Shown: piece by piece, positions 57,105 through 64,000 of the stretch
Layout: each line of letters starts with the position of its first letter
How positions within the stretch are numbered: the stretch's first letter is position 1
Program-made: the position numbers and the translations under genes
Origin: an uncultured delta proteobacterium
GTDB lineage: Bacteria > Myxococcota > UBA727 > VGSZ01
Assembly (NCBI GenBank): GCA_963775425.1
Contig: CAVZJB010000005.1
Span: 320,001 to 384,000 of the forward strand
Reading direction: 5' to 3'
Length of the DNA: 64,000 nucleotides
The notes under the pieces: model-generated
Seen by the model: only the letters and a program-made list of their open reading frames with translations
Told to the model about the DNA's origin: nothing
Databases searched by the model: none

Positions 57105-57506
57105 ATGCGCGTCCTCGTGGTCGACGACGACAAGGACTTTCGTCACCTCGCTCAGCGCGCCCTCGAGGCGCGCGGCCACGAGGTCGAGACGCTGCCTTCG
57201 GCGTTCGGCCTGGTGAACCGCGTCGCCGGCGTCACCGGACCGTCACCGCAGATGGTGGTGCTCGACTGCGAGATGCCGGGGCTGTCGGGGTTCTCCGCCG
57301 TCGAGCTGCTCGCCAAGGATCGTCGCACGGCGCAGGTGCCGATCCTGCTCGTCAGCGCCGGTGACGGCGAGCAGCACAAGACCGCCAAGGCGGCGCACCC
57401 GCGCGCGTCGTTCTACAAGAAGGACGGCCGGATGAAGGTGTTCGTCGAGCAGCTCGAGCTGCACGCGCGGCAGATCGCCAGCGCCGACGCGCCCGCCAAG
57501 CCGTAG
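57105..57506 (+). CDS. Single-domain response regulator (REC)
   Basis: VLVVDDD, VLDCEMPG (phospho-Asp), PILLVSA, K. Confidence 0.9.
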   Translation: MRVLVVDDDKDFRHLAQRALEARGHEVETLPSAFGLVNRVAGVTGPSPQMVVLDCEMPGLSGFSAVELLAKDRRTAQVPILLVSAGDGEQHKTAKAAHPRASFYKKDGRMKVFVEQLELHARQIASADAPAKP

Positions 57507-57510
57507 CGGG

Positions 57511-58011
57511 CTACAGGGCCGCCAACACCTTCGGCGGCATCAACCACACGAGCTGGCCCCGGGTGCGCGGGAGGTCCTCGACGAGGAGCATCGCCGCGCC
57601 CGCCTTCTTCATCGATGTCACCGGTGCGCGCTCACCCGTGAGCGCGACCGCGATGACCTTGTCGACGTTGGGGGCGTGGCCGGCGCAGAGGATCTCTTCG
57701 TCGCTGGCGTGGAACGCGAACAACGCGTGGAAGATGGCGTAGGGCGCGGCCTCGGGCAGGAGCGCCTCGGTGATGGTGATCTTGCTGTCGGGGACGCCCA
57801 GGGCCTCGGCGGCCAGGGCGGCGGTCTCCTTGGCGCGCAGGTAGGGGCTCGTGAGGATGCGCGTGGGCGCGCAGCCCACGGCCTTGAGGCCCTTGCAAGC
57901 CTTGCGCGTCCTCTTCTTGCCCTCTTCGGTGAGCGCGCGCTCCGCGTCCACCGGGCAGTTGGGGTCGGCCCGATCGTGGGCGATGCCGTGGCGAAGGACG
58001 ATGACCTTCAC
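57511..58011 (-). CDS. sixA: Phosphohistidine phosphatase SixA
   Basis: LRHG, RALT, TSPYLRAKETA, GHAP; GTG start overlaps the ppk1 stop. Confidence 0.88.
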   Translation of the reverse strand: MKVIVLRHGIAHDRADPNCPVDAERALTEEGKKRTRKACKGLKAVGCAPTRILTSPYLRAKETAALAAEALGVPDSKITITEALLPEAAPYAIFHALFAFHASDEEILCAGHAPNVDKVIAVALTGERAPVTSMKKAGAAMLLVEDLPRTRGQLVWLMPPKVLAAL

Positions 58012-60185
58012 GTGAGCGTCGGCCGCGGGTTCAACGTGATGCGCCCGGTCTCCCCGCGCCAGGCCGCGGGTGTCTTGGGCTCGGCCGCGACGTGGGCGAT
58101 GTGCAGGAGCGCCGCCTGCGCGCGGATGGGGTTTTGGCCGTTGGCGTCGGCCCGCACCCAGGAGCCGTCGGGCATGAGGCGGCGCGAACGCTGGTTGTCG
58201 GCGAGGTAGGTGCCGATGACCTCGTCGAGGACGCGCTGCTTGATGGCCGGGTCCTCCACCGGGAAGAAGGCCTCGATGCGGCGAACGAAGTTGCGCGTCA
58301 TCCAGTCCGCGGAGGACAGGTACACCTCGGTGTTGCTGCCGGCGCCGAACACGAAGACACGGCTGTGCTCGAGGAAGCGGTCCACCACGCTGGTGACGCG
58401 GATGCGCTCGGAGACGCCGGGCACTCCCGGGCGCAACGAGCACATGCCGCGCACGATGAGGTCGATCTCCACGCCGGCGGTGGACGCCTCGTAGAGCGCC
58501 TTGACGACGACGGGGTCCACGAGCGCGTTCATCTTGGCGATGATGCGCGCTGGCTCACCCTTCTTGGCGCGCTCCGCCTCGCGGCCGATGAGGAAGAGGA
58601 CGCGGTCCTGCAGCGTGAGCGGCGCCACCGCCAACCGCTTCCACTTGGGCGCGTCGGAGAGGCCGGTGAGCATGTTGAAGAGGGCGCTGACGTCGTCGGC
58701 AATCTCGGGGCGTGCGGTGAACAGCGAGAGGTCGGTGTAGCTGCGCGCCGTCTGCGGGTTGTAGTTGCCGGTGCCGAGGTGGATGTAGCGGCGAATGGCG
58801 TTGCCCTCGCGGCGCACCACCAGGCACACCTTGGCGTGGGTCTTCAAGCCGATGAGGCCGTAGACGACGTGGACGCCGCTGTCTTCGAGGCGGCGCGCCC
58901 AGGCGATGTTGTTGGCTTCGTCGAAGCGCGCCTTGATCTCGACGAGCACCGCCACCTGCTTGCCGTTCTCCGCGGCACGGGAGAGCGCGCGCACGAAGGG
59001 CGAGTTCCACGAGGTGCGGTAGAGCGTCTGCTTGATGGCGAGGACGTTGGGGTCGTCGGCGGCCTCCTCGACGAAGCGCACCACCGGGTCGAACGACTCG
59101 TAGGGGTGGTGGAGCAGGACGTCCTTTTCGCGGATGACGTTGAAGACCGGGTTCTCGACGTCGCGAAACGCCAACGGCACCGCCGGCATCAGCGGCTCCA
59201 CGAACAGCTCGGGCCGCGCGTCGCCCTCGGCGAGCGCCATGAAGTCCTGGAGCTGCAGCGGGCCCGGCACGCGGTAGACCTCGTAGCTCTCGACGTTGAG
59301 CGCGCGCGAGAGCGTGCGCTCGAGCTCGTCGGACGCGCTCGCGGACAGCTCGATGCGCACCGCGGTGCCGCGGTCGCGGCGGCGCAGCTCTTCCTGGACG
59401 GCGGAGATGAGATCCTCGCTCTCCTCCTCGTCGATGGTGATGTCCCAGTTGCGCGTGACGCGAAAGAACGCGGGCTCGACGACGGTGAAGCCCGGGAACA
59501 GCTCCGCCGCCTGCAGCGCGATGAGCTCCTCGAGCGGCAGGTACGCGTTGCCCTCGCGCGACGGCAGCTTCACCAGGCGCGGGAGCACCGTGGGCATCTG
59601 CACCACGGCCACCGAGATCTCGGTGCCGATGTCGGTGGGCGGCTGCGTGGCCTGCTTGCGGCTGCGGCGCTGCTTGGCTTCCTTGCGGCGGAGGAACAGC
59701 GCCACGTTCAGCGACTTGTTGCGCAGGTGGGGAAACGGGTGCCCCGGGTCCACCGCCAGCGGTGTGAGCGCGGGGAAGACGGTGCTGGCGAAGTATTCGC
59801 GCGCGTGCGTGAGCTGCTCGGGGGAGAGGTCCGGGCCCGAGAGCACGCGGCCGCCGGCCTTCTCCGCCGCGTCCTTCATGATCTCGCGGTACACGCGGTA
59901 CTGCTCGGCGACGAGCGACTGCGCCTGCTCCGCGATGCGGAAGAGCTGCTCCTGCGGGAGCTTGCCGTCGTTGCTCTTCTCGAGGAGGCCGCCCTGCAAC
60001 TGTTGTTTCACGCCCGCAACGCGAACCATGAAGAATTCGTCGAGGTTGGAGGCGATGATGGTGAGGAACTTGAGTCGCTCGTAGACCGGCAGCGACTTGT
60101 CCTCGGCCTCCTCCAGCACGCGGCGCTGAAAGGCGAGCATGGACAGCTCGCGGTTGATGAACAGTGACGGGTCCTCGAACGCCAT
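58008..60185 (-). CDS. ppk1: Polyphosphate kinase 1
   Basis: NRELS, SNLDEFFMVRVAG, HPFP, HHPYESF, KQTLYRT, ARFDE, KTHAK, GTGNYN, RFLEHSR, SADWM. Confidence 0.98.
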   Translation of the reverse strand: MAFEDPSLFINRELSMLAFQRRVLEEAEDKSLPVYERLKFLTIIASNLDEFFMVRVAGVKQQLQGGLLEKSNDGKLPQEQLFRIAEQAQSLVAEQYRVYREIMKDAAEKAGGRVLSGPDLSPEQLTHAREYFASTVFPALTPLAVDPGHPFPHLRNKSLNVALFLRRKEAKQRRSRKQATQPPTDIGTEISVAVVQMPTVLPRLVKLPSREGNAYLPLEELIALQAAELFPGFTVVEPAFFRVTRNWDITIDEEESEDLISAVQEELRRRDRGTAVRIELSASASDELERTLSRALNVESYEVYRVPGPLQLQDFMALAEGDARPELFVEPLMPAVPLAFRDVENPVFNVIREKDVLLHHPYESFDPVVRFVEEAADDPNVLAIKQTLYRTSWNSPFVRALSRAAENGKQVAVLVEIKARFDEANNIAWARRLEDSGVHVVYGLIGLKTHAKVCLVVRREGNAIRRYIHLGTGNYNPQTARSYTDLSLFTARPEIADDVSALFNMLTGLSDAPKWKRLAVAPLTLQDRVLFLIGREAERAKKGEPARIIAKMNALVDPVVVKALYEASTAGVEIDLIVRGMCSLRPGVPGVSERIRVTSVVDRFLEHSRVFVFGAGSNTEVYLSSADWMTRNFVRRIEAFFPVEDPAIKQRVLDEVIGTYLADNQRSRRLMPDGSWVRADANGQNPIRAQAALLHIAHVAAEPKTPAAWRGETGRITLNPRPTLT

Positions 60186-60251
60186 GCGGGGTCTTCTAGA
60201 GTTATCTCGCCGCGCCCTGGCTGACAAAGCCTTCGAGCGCTAAGAGGCCGC

Positions 60252-61799
60252 GTGGGACGAAGAATTCACGCCCTCGGCGAACGCCTCGGCGCCGATCACA
60301 CGTTGCGAAGCGGCGAGGTCATCGGCGCAATTGACGTGGGAACCAACGCGGTTCGCCTCAAGCTCGCGCGCGTCCTCGACGACGGCACCTTCGAGCAGCT
60401 CCACCAGGAGCGGGACCCGGTGCGACCGGGGGAGGGCGTGTGGGAGACGGGGGAGATGAGCTCCGACGTCGTCGATCGCCTCGTGGGAGCGCTCCACGAA
60501 TACGCCGCCATCTGCCGGCGCTGGCGTGTGGGCCACCTGCGCGCCGTGGCCACCAGCGCGCTGCGCGAGGCCAAGAATCGCGACGAGGTCATCGAGCGGC
60601 TGCGCAAGGAGGCGGGCATCGAGCTCGAGGTGGTCTCGGGGCGCGAGGAGGCGCGGCTCATCTGCCTCGGCGTCTTGCGCGGCATGCCGGCCACCAGCCG
60701 CTCTCTCCTCGTCGACATCGGCGGCGGCTCTACGGAGGTTGCGCGCGCCGCCGGCGAAGAGCCGATGGAGCTGTGGTCCATCGCGCTCGGCGCGGTGCGG
60801 CTCACGGAGATGTTCGACGCCGACAAGGCCGTGAGCCGTGAGCAGCTCACAGCCATCCGTCGCTATGCGCAGCGGGCGGTGGCGGAGGCGTTGCCGTCGC
60901 GCATGCCCAGGGCGCCGAAGCACGCGGTGGGGTCGTCGGGGACCATCCGCGCCGTTTGCAGCTTCGCGCAGAAGCCGGGCACGGCCCACGCCACGCGCGA
61001 CGGCCTGTCGCGCGCAGTGGAGGAGCTCGTGACGCTCGGCCCGGTGGGGCGACGCAAGCGCTTCGACGCGCAGCGCGCGGGAATCCTCGTGGCCGGCGCC
61101 GTCATCCTCGAGAGCGTCGCGCACCACCTGCGCCTCGACAGCGTCACCGCCGTCGACGGCGGCCTCAAGGAAGGTCTCCTCGTCGACCTCGTGCGCCGCT
61201 CCAACCAGCGGCGCGAGGATCCCCTGCTGAGCGAGGCGGTGGTCGCCGCCGGGCGGCGCTTCAGCTTCGACGAGGGGCACGCGGTGCACACGCGTGACGT
61301 CGCCCTCGCGCTCTACGACCAGCTCGACGCGCTTCATCAGTTGCCCGCCGACGCGCGCCTCATCCTCGAAGTGGCGGCCGTGCTGCACGACGTGGGCAAC
61401 GTGGTGAGCCGCTCGCGCCACCACAAGCACTCGCTGTACCTCATCGGCAACATGGACCTCCCGGGCCTGTCCAACCACGAGCGCGACCTCGCCGCGCTGG
61501 TGGCGCGCTTTCACCGGCGCTCGCCGCCGCGCCGCGAGCACCCCACGCTGCAGCACTTGAACGAGGTGGAGCTGCGCCTGGTGCGCAAGCTGGTCGCGTT
61601 GTTGCGCATCGCCGACGCCACCGATCGCAGCCGGCAACAAGCCGTCGAGTCCGTTGACGTCGTCGTGCGCCCGCGGCGCGTCGTCGTGCGGCTGCACCCG
61701 AGGAGCAAGAAGGCCGTCGAGGCGTGGGACCTCGAGAGCGACGCCGCACTCTTCCGCGCCGTCTTCGGCCGGCGCCTGGAGATCGAGGTCGTGCGGTGA
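60252..61799 (+). CDS. ppx: Exopolyphosphatase / pppGpp phosphohydrolase with HD domain
   Basis: AIDVGTN, ATSALRE, GREEARL, DIGGGSTE, GLKEG, LHDVG, HHKH. Confidence 0.95.
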   Translation: MGRRIHALGERLGADHTLRSGEVIGAIDVGTNAVRLKLARVLDDGTFEQLHQERDPVRPGEGVWETGEMSSDVVDRLVGALHEYAAICRRWRVGHLRAVATSALREAKNRDEVIERLRKEAGIELEVVSGREEARLICLGVLRGMPATSRSLLVDIGGGSTEVARAAGEEPMELWSIALGAVRLTEMFDADKAVSREQLTAIRRYAQRAVAEALPSRMPRAPKHAVGSSGTIRAVCSFAQKPGTAHATRDGLSRAVEELVTLGPVGRRKRFDAQRAGILVAGAVILESVAHHLRLDSVTAVDGGLKEGLLVDLVRRSNQRREDPLLSEAVVAAGRRFSFDEGHAVHTRDVALALYDQLDALHQLPADARLILEVAAVLHDVGNVVSRSRHHKHSLYLIGNMDLPGLSNHERDLAALVARFHRRSPPRREHPTLQHLNEVELRLVRKLVALLRIADATDRSRQQAVESVDVVVRPRRVVVRLHPRSKKAVEAWDLESDAALFRAVFGRRLEIEVVR

Positions 61800-63178
61800 G
61801 CCAGGGCGGGGGCCTCGGGCGCTTTGTCGAGGACGTCGTCTTGCTTCACCACAAGGCGCGCGCGGCGCTGCGCGTGGACACCGTCCACGATTTGCGCGTG
61901 GCCATCCGCCGCTGCCGCTCGCTCGCCCAGGGCCTGCGCGAGGTCGACGACGACGACGGCGCCGCGCGCTGGAAGGCGTTGAGCGACGCCGGCCGCCCGC
62001 TGTTCCAGGGCCTCGGCGAGCTGCGTGACAACCACGTGATGAAGGAGCACGTGAGCGCCCTGCTCGCGGGCGATCCCGCGCAGCCGCTGGTGATCGCCGC
62101 GGTCGACGCCCGCATCCGCGCCACCAAGGAGAGCGCGCGGGCCGCGGTGCGCGCCTTCGATCCCGCCGCGTGGCGCGCCGCCGCCAAGGAGCTCCCGGCG
62201 CGCGCCGAGGCGCTGCTCCTCGAGCGCGCGCTGTTCGATCACCTGTCGCTGCGCCGCCTCTACGAAGCCAAGGAGCTCCACCAGCAGGCGATGCGCTCGC
62301 GCAGCTCCACCGCGCTGCACGCGCTGCGCATCGGCACCAAGAAGCTCCGCTACAGCATCGAGAACTTCCTCCCCGACGCTCACATCGCCGTCGGCAAGGT
62401 GCTGAAGAAGCTGCAGGATGTCCTCGGCGACATCCACGACCTCGATGTGCTCGTGAGCACCCTCGGCTCGGAGCACGTGCGCCTGCACTCCGACGACAGG
62501 AGCCGCGTCTCGAGCCTCGTGCGCGCCCGGCGCGACGGCCTCGTCCTCGCCTACCGCGCGCAGACCCTCGGCGAGGGCGGCGCCTGGGTGCGCGTGCGCG
62601 CGGCCCTCGCGGACGGGCCCGCGGTCGCGCTCGCCCACGAGGCGCTCATGCTCAAGAAGGCGTCCGCGCGCGGTGTGCCGCAGAGCGCCGCGCGCGCGCT
62701 CGAACGCAGCGTCCACGTGCTCGTGCACGCGTTCCGGCGCGACCTCCGGGCGCTGCGCGATCCGCGCTTGCCGTCCCTGTTGCGGTGGGCGTGCGCCTGC
62801 GCCGGCGTCGACGGCGGCGGCAAGAAGGCGGCCCGGTTCGTCTCCCGCCTCCCGGCCGCCGTCGGCTTCGTCGAGCGCGATCGCGCGCTCCTCCTCGTCG
62901 TCGCCGCCGGCGGCTTCGGCCGCGCCCCTGCGCTCGCTGATCCACGCGTGCAGGCGCTCCCCGCGCGCGATCGCCCGCTCGCCGTCTCCGCCGGCGCGCT
63001 CCTTCACCTGGCGGTCTGCCTCGCGGCCTCCGCGCCCTTCGTGGTGAGGCGCACCCGCGACGTAGCGGTCGTGCACACGGCGACCTCGCTCACCGACCCG
63101 CGCGCGTTCGCCGAGCGCAGAGCGCCCCTCGAGGCGTTGGCGGGCGTGCCTTTGTGGTGGAAGAGCGGCCCGTCGTAG
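61796..63178 (+). CDS. CHAD domain polyphosphate-binding protein with degenerate HD-like C-terminus
   Basis: VHDLRVAIRR, LGELRD, LHALRIGTKKLRY, LQDVLGDIHDLDV; GTGA overlap with ppx. Confidence 0.88.
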   Translation: MSQGGGLGRFVEDVVLLHHKARAALRVDTVHDLRVAIRRCRSLAQGLREVDDDDGAARWKALSDAGRPLFQGLGELRDNHVMKEHVSALLAGDPAQPLVIAAVDARIRATKESARAAVRAFDPAAWRAAAKELPARAEALLLERALFDHLSLRRLYEAKELHQQAMRSRSSTALHALRIGTKKLRYSIENFLPDAHIAVGKVLKKLQDVLGDIHDLDVLVSTLGSEHVRLHSDDRSRVSSLVRARRDGLVLAYRAQTLGEGGAWVRVRAALADGPAVALAHEALMLKKASARGVPQSAARALERSVHVLVHAFRRDLRALRDPRLPSLLRWACACAGVDGGGKKAARFVSRLPAAVGFVERDRALLLVVAAGGFGRAPALADPRVQALPARDRPLAVSAGALLHLAVCLAASAPFVVRRTRDVAVVHTATSLTDPRAFAERRAPLEALAGVPLWWKSGPS

Positions 63179-63200
63179 GTACGTTCCCCAAGAGGGCCTT

Positions 63201-64000
63201 ATGAACACGATGAAGGCCGTTCGATTCTACGAGTATGGTGCGCCGGAGGTGCTGACGCTCGAATACGACGTCCCCGTCCCCGTGCCCGGTGACGACGACG
63301 TGCTCGTGCGCGTCCACGCCGCCGCGGTGAACCCGCTCGACTGCAAGGTCCGTCAGGGGCGCTTGCACGCGATGATTCAACACAAGCTCCCGCTCATCCC
63401 CGGCTGGGACTTCTCCGGCGTCGTCGAGGGCACCGGGGCGGAGGTGTTCGGCAAGGCCGACGTCGCGCGCGACGGCGCGTACGCCGAGCTCATCGCCGTA
63501 CGCAGAGCGGAGGTCGCGGAGAAACCCCCGACGATCGATCACGTCCACGCGGCCGCGGTGCCCACGGCGGCGTTGACCGCGTGGCAGTCGCTGTTCGGCG
63601 AAGACGGTCACCCGTCGCTCGGGCTGCGCCGTGGCCAGACGCTGCTCATCCAGGGCGGCGCTGGCGGCGTCGGCAGCTTCGCGGTGCAGCTCGCGCACAT
63701 GGTGGGCGCAAGGGTGGTGGTCACCGCGCGGAAGGACAACGAGCGCTACCTGCGCGACCTCGGCGCTGACGAGACCATCGACTACGAAAACGAGCTGTTC
63801 GAGGATCGCATCAAGTACGTCGACGCCGTGCTCGACCTCGTCGGCGGCGACATCCAGGACCGATCCTGGGGCGTGTTGCGGCCGGGCGGCTCCCTGGCGT
63901 CGACGGTGCATCCGCCGAGCGAACAGATGGCCAAGCGCTACGACGTGCGTCCGGTAACGGTCGGCGCGCATATGACCAAGGAGCACCTCGAGGAGATCTC
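63201..64000 (+). CDS. NADP-dependent quinone oxidoreductase (zinc-independent MDR), 3'-truncated by the window edge
   Basis: MKAVRFYEYGAPEVL, VRVHAAAVNPLD, PGWDFSG, LTAWQ, LIQGGAGGVG. Absent from the ORF track because no stop falls within the window. Confidence 0.93.
   Translation, partial: MNTMKAVRFYEYGAPEVLTLEYDVPVPVPGDDDVLVRVHAAAVNPLDCKVRQGRLHAMIQHKLPLIPGWDFSGVVEGTGAEVFGKADVARDGAYAELIAVRRAEVAEKPPTIDHVHAAAVPTAALTAWQSLFGEDGHPSLGLRRGQTLLIQGGAGGVGSFAVQLAHMVGARVVVTARKDNERYLRDLGADETIDYENELFEDRIKYVDAVLDLVGGDIQDRSWGVLRPGGSLASTVHPPSEQMAKRYDVRPVTVGAHMTKEHLEEI

Overview
Very GC-rich bacterial DNA with about 56 tightly packed CDSs. It is most likely Myxococcota-like, judging by the myxobacterial Cys-rich repeats, MYXO-CTERM-type tails, a (Gly-Glu)n lipoprotein and a Hanks kinase-TPR-lipoprotein operon. 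I see no rRNA, tRNA, CRISPR array, integrase or transposase. Most long ORFs in the supplied track are GC-rich shadow ORFs or over-extended frames, so I re-called the starts. Housekeeping and accessory genes include a POT transporter, globin-STAS sensor, GT2/methyltransferase/YfhO glycosylation operon, threonine aldolase, split transketolase, MCP, GMC oxidoreductase pair, L,D-transpeptidase, tcdA, TatD, plsC and a ppk1-sixA/ppx-CHAD polyphosphate locus. The most interesting locus is a compact biosynthetic operon at 32.1-38.0 kb: a KAS III-like acyltransferase, a ~1119-aa fusion of a probable BtrL/NeoM-type phosphoribosyltransferase with an adenylate-forming domain, an amidohydrolase, an ACP and a GNAT, with a divergent GT1 glycosyltransferase. 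Second is a 4.2-11.5 kb run of nucleotide/phosphate enzymes with low-complexity N-terminal extensions, including a pyruvate-kinase-like domain fused to an ART-toxin-like motif. Also noted: cell-wall hydrolases lacking signal peptides, a ~29-bp dispersed repeat that overlaps stop codons, a long intergenic hairpin and two internally deleted gene remnants. All family calls come from motif recognition by eye and from memory; no searches were run.
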